The notes: generated from the sequence alone by a model not told the origin. A DNA stretch of 63,940 bases, filler included, from Pirum gemmata (GCA_002812295.1; 33 parts of 33 records of this genome joined end to end with filler, not necessarily neighbours in it); one strand, 5' to 3'; shown: positions 11,987-25,779, numbered from the whole stretch's first letter. A program made the numbers and translations.

Positions 11987-13129
11987 TTAAAAAAAAAAAA
12001 AAAAACTACGGATTAGGCTATTATATTTCCAAAAAAGTATATATATCAATACCCTAACTACTCTAAGTCCCTAACCCTAACCCTAACCCTGAACCCTAAC
12101 CCTAACCTAACCCTTGAATCTTAACCCTAACCTAACCCTGTAACCTAACCCTTGAATCTTAACCCTAACCAACCCCTAACCCTAACCTAACCCTGAACAG
12201 CCCTTGTCCCTAAGTAACCTAACCCTAACCCCTAACTAACCCTAACCTAACCCTGAACAACCCTAAGTTACCTAACCCTAACCCTAACCCTAACCCCTAG
12301 CTAGCTAGACCCTAACCCGAACCCTAACCCCAGCTACTACTAAGCTAACTAACCCTGGACCTTAGCCCCTAACCCCTAGAGCTAGCTAGCTAGACCTTAA
12401 CCCTAACCCTAACCCCAGCTACTACTAAGCTAGCTAACCCTGAACCTTAACCCCTCCTAACCCTGACTAAAACCCAAAGTAATATAATATCGTGCTAAAC
12501 TACCCATCTATTCCTTGAAAATAATTAAATTTTTCATTATTATTATTGTTTACAAATAATTATAATAATATTAGTTATAATAATATTACATAATAATAAA
12601 GTATGAGTAAAGTATAAAGTATGTATAAAGTATGTAAATTTCTCGAAAGTTTGTATAACACTATATAACATTAATTATTTTAACAAAAATAACAATAACA
12701 ATAACAATAACAATAACAATAACAAACAATAACAATAACAATAACAATAACAATAACAATAAAAATAAAAATAAAAATAACAATAACAATAACAATAAAA
12801 ATAACAATAACAATAACAATAACAATAACAATAACAATAACAATAACAAACAATAACAAGAACGGTAACAATTAGGAAAACTATTTTCGATTGAAAATGA
12901 AAAAAAGCTGATTAAACAAACAAACAAATAAATAAATAAGCACATGAACAAACAAACGAACGAGCAATACTCATACTCTTATCTGATATCAATAACAAAC
13001 ATATAACAAGTATTGTAAACTATACAGCCTATATCTTTACCCTTTCATTGCTTTCTTTTTTTCATTTATTTTCTTAACACTTAACACTGCGGCACTAGCA
13101 TTCCTACATCACCCAATAAATTTGTAAAT

Positions 13130-13556
13130 ATGACCAACAAAATGGAACCTGAATCAAAAGTCATTGACAATGAAGATAAAGTGAAAACTGTCGATGATGA
13201 AAAAGAGAATAAACAAAAAAATGAAGGAACGGCCAATAATATAAAAGACGATCAAGATTTAGTAAAAACTAAAGTTGAAAGTAATGTTGAACAACAAAAA
13301 GATGATAATAACGATGATAATAACGAAAATGATGATAAAAAAATAAACGCTGATGAAGATGAAAGTAAATATGACGTTGATAAAAAAAAAGAAGAAAGTA
13401 ATAAAGAAGTTGATGAATTTGAAGTTAGAGAAGAGTTAAAACGAAATGCTCCTAAAATAACGATCAAATTAAAACACAGTACCACTGCACACGAAGTTGT
13501 TGTACCCATAATAATTACTGTTGCGGAATTGAAAATAGAAATCGAAAAAATAACTG
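13130..13556 (+). CDS. First exon: acidic/charged N-terminus followed by start of a ubiquitin-like domain
   Basis: ATG in good context, charged tract, then KITIKLKHSTTAHEVVVPIIITVAELKIEIEKIT(G)|gtactt, a UBL beta-beta-helix pattern. Confidence 0.7.
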
Positions 13557-13906
13557 GTACTTATTATCATTATCATTATCATTATCATTNNNNNNNNNNN
13601 NNNNNNNNNNNNNNNNNNNNNNNNNNNNNNNNNTTAATTAATTAANNNNNNNNNNNNNNNNNNNNNNNNNNNNNNNNNNNNNNNNNNNNAATTAATAAAT
13701 ACAATATAGCAACCCTAACCCTAACACTAACCCTAACACTAACCCTAACCCTAACACTAACCCTAACCCTAACCCTAATCCCAACCCTAACCCTAACCCT
13801 AACCCTGACCCTAACCTTAACCTTAACCTTAACCCTAATCTAAACCCTAATCTTAAACTTAACCTTAACCCAAGCCCCTCTCCCCTAAAATTATTTTTGT
13901 ACTTAC

Positions 13907-14295
13907 GTCTGTCATTTGTCCTAAAGGTACTAGAGATTGTTTCCATTGGCCATACGCTAAAGCAGCCATGCCTTTAACGGCCTAATTGTGAGTATTATAA
14001 ATAAAAGTTATAACTATTGTTGTCGTAATTATTATTGTAAATAATATATGGCTGTTGCTGTTATCGCAATTATTATTGTATATAATATATTGTTGTTGCT
14101 GTTGGTAGTGGTGGTGGTGGTGGTGGTGGTTGTTAGAAAAATAAAAGAATAGAAACGAACACAAAAAGTACTAACCTGTTTCACATGAGAATCTTTATGA
14201 GCTTCTACACATATAAAACCTAAAAATAACAAATCAGGACATGAATAATAATAACAATAATAATAATAAATAATAATAATAATAATAATAATAAA

Positions 14296-14359
<64 letters not shown>

Positions 14360-14724
14360 TAATAACCCTTAACTTTGGACTTAGACTTAGCCTTGGACTT
14401 AGGCTTAGCCTAGCCTTGAAATGTATGTGAAAGGGGAGGGGTTTAGAGTTAGGTTTAGGTTAGGGTACCTTTCAAATTATCAACACACAAAGCACTTTTA
14501 ATTTGTAGAGGCTCCTCAGAAAATTCCAAATTCACAAATTTTCTCATCAAAGCAATCACAGTTTCTTTCTCTTTTCCTATTTTACATTTTACCATCCACA
14601 ATTTGGGATCAGTGACACTCGGTAATAATGCTTGTTGTTGCAATTCCCCTCTCGCAAAGGATCCACCATCATCGTCATCATCCATAGGACCATAATCTCT
14701 TTCCTTATATTTCGACTCTAAACC
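13907..14724 (-). CDS. SPT5: Transcription elongation factor SPT5, NGN domain (3 exons)
   Basis: Exons 14724-14469, 14219-14176 and 13981-13907 splice in phase: ...[33 protein letters not shown]...[53 protein letters not shown]. Confidence 0.95.
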
Positions 14725-14782
14725 CTAAAAATAATAATAAATTACACAGAATATTAGAACTCTCAATACTAACTAACACCAA

Positions 14783-15005
14783 GGAGATGCGGGAAAAACC
14801 ATCGAATCAAGACTACTTCGAAAAATTCGAAAACTTTTCGACCTAATTTTAAGTATTGACTCACTTTTGAATTCATTAAAAAAATTCTTAGAAATTTCAT
14901 ATAAAAACTTGAAACTCGAAAAAAAAAAGAATATTATTTCAAAATTGTCATTAGTTATAATTAGGATCGCGCTGTTTGATTTAATTATTTTTCCCGCATT
15001 TCCCA
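14783..15005 (+). mobile_element. MITE family C in SPT5 intron
   Basis: TIR GGAGATGCGGGAAAA / TTTTCCCGCATTTCC; aligns with 57339-57575. Confidence 0.82.
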
Positions 15006-15034
15006 ACACTGTTCCTAACACGAACCTTAACCTT

Positions 15035-15091
<57 letters not shown>

Positions 15092-16112
15092 ACTGACCCT
15101 GACCCTGACCCTGACCCTGACCCTAACACTAACACTAACACTAACACTAACACTAACACTGACCTTAACTTTAACCTTAACTTAAACCTTAACTTAAACC
15201 TTAACCTTAACCTTAACCTTAACCTTAATCTTAACCCTAACCTTAACCTTAACTTTAACCCTACCCCTACCACTACCTGTAGCTAAAATGATGTCACTTA
15301 TAGGACCACAATCAAAAGAAAAATATATAAAAATATAAAATTGAAAAAGCAACAACACAAAAACCAAAACACAAAAACCAAAACCAAAACACAAAAACCA
15401 AAACCAAAACACAAAAACCAAAACCAAAACCAAAAACCAAAACCAAAACCAAAACCAAAACACAAAAACCAAAACCAAAACACAAAAACTAAAACCTTAG
15501 TAGCAATTATAGAATAACCACAACCAAAACCAAAACCAAAACCAAAACCAANNNNNNNNNNNNNNNNNNNNNNNNNNNNNNNNNNNNNNNNNNNNTTAAT
15601 TAATTAANNNNNNNNNNNNNNNNNNNNNNNNNNNNNNNNNNNNNNNNNNNNAGTCGTAGTAGTAGTAGTAGTAGTAGTCGTAGTAGTAGTAGTAGTACAA
15701 GAAGAAGAAGTAATATTTTGGTGTTAGTGATGGCGTTTGTTAGAGATAATGATGGCGTTAATGGTAGTGGAGTATTAATATTATTTATCACTGCTGTTGC
15801 TTGTATTTCTAGTGATTTGGTTACTGAATTGCCTAATGTGTTAGCTATTATTTTATATTTCAACCCTGCCATTTATACATAATTGCAATTTGACCCGATT
15901 CAATACCCAACATTAATGCAAACATCCCTATTATATCAATATCAAGTTTATTTATGAAGTTTTTAAATGCTTGTGTTCACTGTTATTTTTCTTTTGTTTT
16001 TCGGTTCTTAAATATTTGTTATTTCTGTGCAATAATTTTCTTGTTGTAAATGGTTGTATAATGATTTATTCATATTCATATTATTTTCTGATCCTTTTTT
16101 TGTCATACCCAG

Positions 16113-17134
16113 ACAAGAAGGTCGTATCGAAGAAGCCATTTCAGATTTTGAAACTTGTCTGAGTTACAGTAAGTTTCAACTTTCTGCTGCATTACAACTA
16201 TGTGAACTAGGTAAATTCTTTTAAGTTTTGTTTGGAAAATATCAGTTGATATCAATATGAATGTATTGTAGCATCTTATTAGTTAATCCTTTAAAATAAT
16301 TTTTCGAATTTTCTAGTTTACAGTCAGTTGTGATTTTCTATTCTTACCTTTCTTTTTGAAGAACATATTCAACTTTTCAGCCGTGTTTGTTAATTGGAAC
16401 GATAAATAGCATACTAACTAAAGCTTATATGTATATGTATATATACTCTTACGTATGCATACGTATGTGTGCGTGTTAATACTATTTCTGCCTGACTTTT
16501 AGTATTAAATAACACATTTCTCTTCCGTTATTTACAATTATTAGGTAAAAAAAGTATGAATAATATTTTTGGCTCTACTGGTACCGTTGGTAGTAGTCAC
16601 CAAAGCGAAACTCCAGCAAATGTTACCCCTCAATCGTAAATCGTTTAGTTATATTAAACCAATATGTATATTTACACCTTTCTGTACATCTTAAGCAGAT
16701 GCTACTCCTCAATCTAAATTGTTCAACTATATAACATCAACATATTATAGTATATATACTGTTATTTTCCCCCTTTCTTATTATGTAATATTTTAAAAGA
16801 AAGCAGAAGCTCTCTTTTCCATTTTTGTTACTTGATTTTTGTTATCCCAATGTTTTATTAGTAATGGAAGGTGAAAACCAATTTAAGTACAAACGGATAT
16901 ATATTGTTTCCTGTAAACCTTTTGTTGTAATTGTTGTGCAGTCACAAGTTTATTGTTGTTTTGTCCATATATTGTATTTATTGCTGTTTTGTCTGTTAGC
17001 AGAATGATCATTGTTTATTTTAACAGTATGTAATTGTGACGAAACCAAAAACGTTTTTTCTTGTATATATTGCCCTCAGGACAAGCAAATTTACAAAGCT
17101 ATTGGACTCAACACCTTCCCATACTAGAAACGAG
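16113..17134 (+). CDS. TPR protein, possibly CDC27/APC3 (3 internal exons)
   Basis: Exons 16113-16210, 16545-16635 and 17080-17134 splice in phase: QEGRIEEAISDFETCLSYSKFQLSAALQLCELG/KKSMNNIFG...ETPANVTPQS/TSKFTKLLDSTPSHTRNE. A TPR ending LCELG followed by a TP-rich loop resembles CDC27. Confidence 0.6.
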
Positions 17135-17201
17135 GTAAGAAAAAACTTTGTAGATAATTTTGCTACTTCTCTCTACTACAGCAATATAATTGATATTACT
17201 C

Positions 17202-17260
<59 letters not shown>

Positions 17261-17272
17261 GTAATAATAATA

Positions 17273-17310
<38 letters not shown>

Positions 17311-18610
17311 GATAATAATAGTAATTATTAGGAGTAATAGTAATAGCAATAGTAATAGTAATAGTAATAGTAATAGTAATCGTAATTGTAATAGCAATTG
17401 TAATAGTAATAGTAATAACAGTAATAATAATAATAATAATACTAGTAGCAGCAGCAGCAGTAGTAGTAGTAGCAGTAGTAGTAGTAGTNNNNNNNNNNNN
17501 NNNNNNNNNNNNNNNNNNNNNNNNNNNNNNNNTTAATTAATTAANNNNNNNNNNNNNNNNNNNNNNNNNNNNNNNNNNNNNNNNNNNNTAATAATAATGG
17601 TAATAGTAATAATAATAGTAACTTTTTTTTTTAATACATATGTCATATATGATATAATTATTCATATGAAATAATAATAATAATATTTATAAATCATAGT
17701 AATAAAAAAACATGAATAATACTAGCTAGCTATCATATTATCATAGTAGGAATAATAATACTGATAATGAAATCATGATAGTCGTACTCGAGCGTGCCAT
17801 AATTTATAAGAGATAATATATAAAAAATGTTCGAGCTCGGATCGCTTCTTTTTAAATAATCGATCGAGCCAATAGACCACGAAAACGAGTGCTCGGTTTT
17901 CAATTCCCCAGGCCTGTATTATAGTAGTAACTTTTATTATCTATATATATCTATATGTTGATTTTTAAAAATATCAAGACTATAACCCTCCAAATAAATA
18001 TTCAGAGTGGCAAAATAAATGAAAAGCACGATATTATTATTATTATTATTTCAGGTTTTATTATTATTGTTATTCGTATCATTATTGTAAATATTATTAT
18101 TGTTGTTGTTTATTATTATTAATAATAATATTATTATAGTATTATGGTATAGAATATAACAAAACCAAAACCAAAACCAATAACAATAACAATAAAACAA
18201 TAACAATAACAAAAATAATAACAATAGCAATAACAATAACAATAACATTAACAATAACAATAACAATAGCAATGACAATAGCAATGACAATAACAATGAC
18301 AATAACAATAAAAATAACAACAAAAGTAACTGTAGTTAGCTGTATTATATAAAAAAGTTCAATAATACACTTAAACAGTACCAAATTTTAAAGATTGAGA
18401 AGACAACTACTGAAGTAGACAAGTATTACGTAACGCCAATTTCCGGTCAAATACAGCTTCAAATACCCCTACCTACCTACCCCTCGACGTTGATTTCTGG
18501 TCAAACACCACCTACCTACCTACCCCTTGACGTAACGAACGATTCGATGCAAGCTTGAAAATTCGAGCAGACTCGGTTCCTTTTTAATTCGAGCTGATAT
18601 ACTTTGATTG

Positions 18611-18662
<52 letters not shown>

Positions 18663-20569
18663 CAGAGAAAAAAGTGTTTGAAATAATATTTTTTTTTTTA
18701 TCGTAAAAATAAATAAATCGTTGTATCATCTGGTTGTATTGGTATATAAAAAAGTTAGGGATTTTAATATTTTTCAACTAATCCTTGTAATGATATATAA
18801 AAAAGTCAAATAATCATAATTTTTAACTAATCGTTGTATTGATATATAGTAGTGCAATTACCAAATTCCAGCCAAATCAAGGAGTTCTTGTTGTCAATTT
18901 TCGGAAACATTTTAGCCAATTTTCAGTAAAAGTTAACTTTTACATGTACACCTAATATGACAATCCAGTCATTTAATATAGAAAAAGATGATGATATATA
19001 TGGGAAGAGAATGAAAATATTGATTAATATAGAAATAAATTTTCTTATAAGACAAACAAGGAAAACAAGAATTCATAATAATATTATAAAAAATAAATGT
19101 TTACCAAGGCAATCAAGAATCACAAATAAAAATACTGAATTTTCTCTAGCTCAATATCAGAGTTTCTTAGTTAAACTTTAAAAACTCAAGGTAGACAGTC
19201 CTACCCTTAGAAGCTCTTTAGAATAGAGAATAGCTTAACAATAATAAGATAGTAAAAATTAAACAATTGAACAAATAATTAATTAATAATTATAACAATT
19301 GAACAAAAATTTCAAAATTAATAAATTTTTATAAATAAAACTGTAACTTATCACAGGTAGATTATGACTAGTAAATTATGATAAATAATGCACTTATAAT
19401 TACTTCTCTCTATTATTTTTTCTTTTTTTTTTTTATCATAAAAAAAAAAAATGGACAAAAAAANNNNNNNNNNNNNNNNNNNNNNNNNNNNNNNNNNNNN
19501 NNNNNNNTTAATTAATTAANNNNNNNNNNNNNNNNNNNNNNNNNNNNNNNNNNNNNNNNNNNNACCACTCTCTGTATGATATCATAATTTTTTTATTATT
19601 ATGAATTTATGATTATAATATTATATAGTCTAGACTAGTACAGCTACTAGCTAGTAGTACGCACAGGTAGTACGCACTATGATAGTAGTTCTACACAGCG
19701 CTCGTAGTACACTCGTAGAGTCGTAGTACACTGACTGTAGTACACTCGTAGAGTCGTAGTACACAGTACTCGACGCAGTCAGAGCTACTAGCTAGTCTAC
19801 CATAGCTATCTAGCTAGTAGTATAGCAAGTAGCTACTGTAGCTACGGTATGATAGTCTATGTCATACTATGATAGGTCTAATTTCAATTTTTTTTTTTTT
19901 TCAATTTAGTCTACACATTGGAAAACTAGATTGCTACAAATTGGAAAACTAGATTGGAAAAACTCTGTGTCACCTAAGACACCCAAGGCTGTGAACTACA
20001 CGGCACATAGACTAGCTAGCTAGCTAGCTAGCTACACATACGTCTATCATAGGATTCATAGCTACTAGCTAGAGGCTATTTGATTATTTATTCAATATTT
20101 TAAATTTTATTTATCGATATAGTCGAATATACTATATTTATTTACATAATATCGATTCGATAATATCATAATAAAAAAAACTGTCTAGTCACCTAGCTAG
20201 CTAGGTCTAGACTAGTAGCCGCTAACTACTAGCTAGCTAGACTATCATTTTTTTAATTAAAATAATTATTTTTAAAAAAAAAAGTATCAAAGTAGACTAT
20301 TGTAGCTACTACTAGCTACTACTAACTAGCTAGTAGCTAGGCTAGTAGCTACTAGCTAGAAGCTACTAGCTAGAGCTATCAATCTATCAATAGTATCATA
20401 GTAGAGCTGGTTGGGGAAAAATGACGAAACTTCCTACCCTCACATGGTCTATTTATTNTATACCCAAGGAGTTCAAAAGAGGAAGGAGTTCAAGAAAAAA
20501 AAAACTCCTTGCGGTAGGCCATGAGACTATGGAAAAATGGAGATAGACTGACTCTCTTAGTATCTTAGT

Positions 20570-20744
20570 GCCGATAGACTCTAATCTCAAAATGATCCAA
20601 TTTTAATTAATAAAAGTACTATCAAAATTTGAGAATATGTCTAAATAAAACTTTATTTTGAATCAATGGCTAGTTTTTAAAAATAATTTGGTTTTTAGAA
20701 AAGAAGTCTAAAAAAATGATTTCCAGTTTTATCCGGCTTGGCTG
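20570..20744 (+). mobile_element. MITE family E, degenerate (second partial at 20838-20920)
   Basis: Ends TTTATCCGGCTTGGCTG|TTAA. Confidence 0.7.
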
Positions 20745-21554
20745 TTAAAAAAAAAAAGTGTAGATTATGTTTATAGTGTATTACAGTGGGTTTTGTTACC
20801 GTAGCTGTTTTGTTTTGGACTTTTATTAATAAAAGCACTACTCATGCCGGACAAAATAGACTAACAAAATGGTGACATCCGCCATAGACTACCAAAAATC
20901 CAAAATCTCAAAATGATCAAAAAGCTCCGTTGTATAGTAGATTCGTAGTTGATAGTGGTTTAATTTTTTATTCGTCCTATGACCCAACATTATCTTTTTT
21001 CAGATTTTCCTTTTCATTTTTCAACATTTCATTTTTATTTTTCAAATTTTCGAATAGGACGTGCCTTGTAACGCATTCACTAACGCATTCGCTGGCAAAC
21101 ATAGAAAAGCATTTTTTGACACAAAAGGATTAATTTAATGATGTTATAATTAATTAGTTTCATGGTATACTGTTTGATAAGAGGTTCCGATTATACTAGG
21201 CATTTAATTTATAAGAGTGGAGGTATATATTTTAATATGATACCATTTAAAAAGAATAATGAAAAACGTTAGAGACGCGTGGGATTGAAGATAGTTAGGG
21301 TTTCCTGGCGGACCCTATAACTCCAAGTAGTATAGTCGGTAAAGAGAGGCATTTAGAAATATTACGTATACGAATATTACGTATACACCTAGAGCTAGAG
21401 CGATTATTTAAACGTCATTGTTAACTTTTATTCTCATAAACAAATCTTTGTTTTNNNNNNNNNNNNNNNNNNNNNNNNNNNNNNNNNNNNNNNNNNNNTT
21501 AATTAATTAANNNNNNNNNNNNNNNNNNNNNNNNNNNNNNNNNNNNNNNNNNNN

Positions 21555-21614
21555 TTCTGGAAGTTCGCCGGTCCGAGCATCCAATTGGTAAGATGACGTC
21601 ATCTCATCCCTCCT
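21555..21614 (-). mobile_element. MITE family D end (contig break)
   Basis: Exact reverse complement of 31242-31301 and near-identical to the start of the copy at 26925. Confidence 0.8.
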
Positions 21615-21667
21615 TTAATTAACAAAAAAATGGAATGTAACTGTAGTAACTAAAGAAGACTTTTATA

Positions 21668-22280
21668 AATGAAGAAATTGCTCAATATAGTTTGGGAGTT
21701 TTGTATGAAAATGGAGATGGAGTATTAACTCAAGATTACCAAAAAGCATTTGAATGGTATAGTAAAGCCGCTAATCAAGGTGACAAAAAGGCCCAAACTG
21801 GTTTGGGACTTTTTTATGCAAATGGACAGGGAGTAACTCAAGATTACCAAAAAGCATTTGAATGGTTTAGTAAAGCCGCTAATCAAGGGTTCAAATTTGC
21901 TCAATATAAATTGGGACTTTTGTATGAAAATGGAGATGGAATAACTCAAGATTACCAAAAAGCTGTAGAATGGTATTATAAAGCCGCCAATCAAGGACAC
22001 GAAAAGGCTCAATATAAATTAGGAGAAACTTATGAAAAAGGACATGGCGTAACTTAAAATTACAAAAGAGCATTCGAATGGTATTATGAAGCCGCTAATC
22101 AAGGGCTCAATCTTGCTCAATATAATTTGGGACTTTTTTATGAAAATGGACGAGGGGTAACTCGAGATTACAAAAAAGCATTCGAATGGTTTAGTAAAAG
22201 CTGCTGTTCAAGGGTTCGATATTGATGAATTTCATTTGGGACTTTGTCATTTCAAAGCAGTAACTCAAGAGTACTTTTAA
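21668..22280 (+). pseudogene. Sel1-like repeat protein, disrupted
   Basis: About five 36-aa repeats AQYxLGxxYENGxGVTQDYQKAFEWYxKAANQG. In-frame TAA at 22055 where other repeats have CAA, +1 frameshift near 22199, and no in-frame ATG upstream. Confidence 0.85.
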
Positions 22281-22602
22281 TTGAAAAAAAAAAAAGTTGT
22301 GCTATTTTCTATTTAAGGTACTTTTATTACCATATTTAAATTGATTGAGGTTACAATTATATTTTTTTCCTGCATTTTTTATCAATAGTATCATATACCT
22401 AAAACCACTACCTAACCCTAACCCCAACCCTAAACCCTAACCCTAACCCTAACCCTAACCCTAACCCTAACCCTAACCCTAACCCTAACCCCTTTTTTAT
22501 GATAGTTACTATAATATTGATAGAGGTCTACTAGCTCTTAGTTAGTTAATCTCTTAGGTCATTAATCTAGTAGTCATTATTAATCGTGTTGTACTGTTCA
22601 AA

Positions 22603-23108
22603 CGTACCAAATTACTATTATGGTTAAACTATCAGATGTGTTTTAATTAATTTGGTCTTTCATACTAAATGTTGTATTTTATAAACAAGTTCAATTATAT
22701 ACTTAAAAGGTATTAATACTAAATTAAAGATTGAGAGGAAAACTGTAATATACATCCCCTTATTACATCCAATCCCTCCCACCAAATTATTATTATGGTT
22801 AAACTATCAGATGTGTTTTAATTAATTTGGTCTTTCATACTAAATGTTGTATTTTATAAACAAGTTCAATTATATACTTAAAAAGTATTAATACTAAATT
22901 AAAGATTGAGAGGAAAACTGTAATGAAATAGACGATTATATTATTATACATCCCCTTATTACATCCAATCCCTCCTACCAAATTATTATTATGGTTAACG
23001 TTAAACTATCAGATGTATTTTAATTAATTTGGCATTTTATAAATTATAGTTTTAAAATGTTGTATTTTATAAACAAGTTCAACTGTACACTTAAACAGTA
23101 CCAACTGT
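22603..23108 (+). repeat. Tandem triplication of family B repeat
   Basis: Three near-identical blocks beginning ACCAAATTA.TATTATGGTTAA(..)ACTATCAGATGT. Confidence 0.85.
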
Positions 23109-23573
23109 AATTATAAATAGGCGATATCAGAATAATAATATTATTAATATCTCTAATCACACACTATAACTACTTGTCAGATAGACTATTAATAATATAA
23201 ACTTTAGAATATTATACAAACCATGAGAATTACTAATTCTACTACGATAGCTAGATCTATCGTGTTTTCCAATATACCCTAACCCTAACCCTAACCCTAA
23301 CCCTAACCCTAACGTAACCCTAACCCTAACCCTAACCTTAACCCCAACCCTAACCCTAACCCTAACCCTAACCCTAACCCTAATTACCATCANNNNNNNN
23401 NNNNNNNNNNNNNNNNNNNNNNNNNNNNNNNNNNNNTTAATTAATTAANNNNNNNNNNNNNNNNNNNNNNNNNNNNNNNNNNNNNNNNNNNNAAAAAAAA
23501 AAAAAAAAAAAATTATTATTATTATTATTGTTATTATTATTATTATTATTATATAGTTCTTCTTTTAGACTCT

Positions 23574-24567
23574 TTGTGTATCATGTTCATGTTAGCGAGT
23601 TGCACCGCAGTTGCGGTAGCTTTTTCTTTTTATTTCTATAATAGTCAAAAAAAAAAAAAGAGGAATGGACGTTTCAAAATTGTTATTGTGGGTAGTGGGT
23701 ACATTGGGTCCATGGTCGCTCAGAAATTTTATCAGAATGGTTTTGATATAACATTGATTGATAAGAGACCTTTTATTTTTCATAAAATTGCAGGGCTTAG
23801 AGGGGTTGTTCGACGAAATTGGCAAAATCAATTGTTAATACCAAGAAATAATCTACTTAAAACTGGGTGGAGTTGGCTGGTTAAAGATAATAAGAATGCT
23901 ATTGATAATGGTATAGTAGTGATTGGAGAAGTGGATGAAACTCCATTCTGTTGGGGTTATGTCAGATGACAATCGACAATTAGTGAAACAAAAGTTAGAA
24001 AAAAGAAATGTTCACTTTATTCTTGGATCGAGATTGAAACCATTCCCAGAGTTTAATATCAGCGCTAATAATACTGTGATTGGTGGGTTAAGGACTTTGG
24101 AAACAGAAAATGGAGATACCATTAGCGTTGATTTGGCTATTCCTTGTATTGGCTCGAGACCAAACACAAGTATGTGCCCCCAATCGTGGTTAAATGAACG
24201 TGGTTTCATTAAAGTTGATGATAATTTTATAGTGGAGGGGACTGATAACGTATATGCAATTGGTGATGTGGCTAATATGAATGAAATCAATTCCGGAACA
24301 GTCATCTCGGGTGCTAACCACCCCAACGTGGTTGTTGCCAATGTTATAAGTCAAACAAAAGGAGAGAAGGCCTCGACATTGTATACTAAAAATCATCGTA
24401 TGACGTATGTTTTCGGTGTACCAGTTGGTGTTGATGATGGTATTGTGGTAACCCCATTTTTTACGCTTAAAGGTTTTTTCGCTGCCAAAGCTAAGTCGGA
24501 AAAGCTCTTTGCACCTCGATTTTGGGGTCAATTCAATGCTGAATTACCCAGTCCACAAGCTTTATAA
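23574..24567 (+). pseudogene. AIF/AMID/FSP1-like FAD-dependent NAD(P)H oxidoreductase with internal deletion and frameshift
   Basis: The first frame has a TM segment and KIVIVGSGYIG (FAD GxGxxG). The second has DLAIPCIGSRPN...GFIKVDD...NVYAIGDV. The central ATG-motif and second (NADH) GGG motif are absent, and the frame switches near 23935-23940. Confidence 0.8.
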
Positions 24568-25615
24568 AAGTGAAAATAATATAGTCATTATAGTTGTACA
24601 TAATAATATTGTAATCGCAATAGTTGTAATAATTGTAATAGTTATGCTAATATAAAGTAATAGTGATAGTAATGGTAATGGTTATATTTATGGTGATATT
24701 AATATTAATCATAATAGTAATGGTGTGGTGGTGATGAGAATGATATGATGATGATGGTAATGATGATGTTGATGATGCTGATGCTAAGGGTGATGATGAT
24801 GATGATGCTAAGGGTGATTATGTTATGATTATCAATTAATTAATATTATTATTAATGATATAACAATATTAATAATTTAATTATAATAATATTTTTTGTT
24901 TGTTGTTGGTTTGCTATTTATCTAATTTTTCCTTTTTCTTCTAATCAAATGTTGAAAATTTTAATTTATTACAATAACAATAATAACAATGTAAAAAAAA
25001 ATAAAGCCATTATTACAAAATTTTTAACGTTTAATTTTTGTAATTGTCACACAAAATTGGAATGGGAAAAATGGTATTAAATTTTTTTACAAAATAATTA
25101 TTAGAAAGTTTTGGTAGCGGTGGTGGTGGTGTTGTTGTTGTTGTTGTTAAAACGATCATTATTATAACATTACAAATAATTTTTTTTTTTAGCTTGTTCT
25201 TTGTTAGTAGTAGTAATAGTAATATTAATAGTAATAGAAATATTTTAATAGTAATAGTAAGATTAATTAATAGTAATAGTACGTACTAGTCATAGTTTGC
25301 ACGAAAAACTGAAAATAAAAAATTAATGTTATAATATTGTTATTAATTAATTAATTAATTATTGTTATTATTATTATTATTANNNNNNNNNNNNNNNNNN
25401 NNNNNNNNNNNNNNNNNNNNNNNNNNTTAATTAATTAANNNNNNNNNNNNNNNNNNNNNNNNNNNNNNNNNNNNNNNNNNNNACATTTTTAGAAGAAAAA
25501 AAAAAGAAGACGTCATCAAACGTCATCAAAAAATAAATGTTAAAAGTCTATTCGGAGAAGTCTAGGGGGGGATCTAGCTAGCTAGACTACTAGCTACTAG
25601 CTAGGTGGTATCTCA

Positions 25616-25779
25616 CAAGTGTCCTCTCAATCTTTAACTTGGTAGGTCTACTGTGTATAATTGAACTTGTTTATAAAATACAACATTAATTATAAAATAC
25701 CAAGTTAATTAAAAAATGCCTGATAATAATAATTTAATAATTTGGTACACGTTGATAATAAATTTCAGTTTTTGAACTG
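25616..25779 (-). mobile_element. MITE family B
   Basis: Aligns with 10702-10877; carries a TA-GGTC-TA insertion at 25643-25650. Confidence 0.75.

Noticed and set aside
22055..22057. TAA reassigned to Gln (in-frame TAA here and near 7471, 29996 and 53518)
   Set aside because: Long intact ORFs (AlkB, EsV-1-7, LRR, SPT5) use CAA/CAG for Gln with no internal TAA, and several genes end in TAA. The affected loci show other signs of decay or unclear structure, and CAA>TAA mutation suffices.
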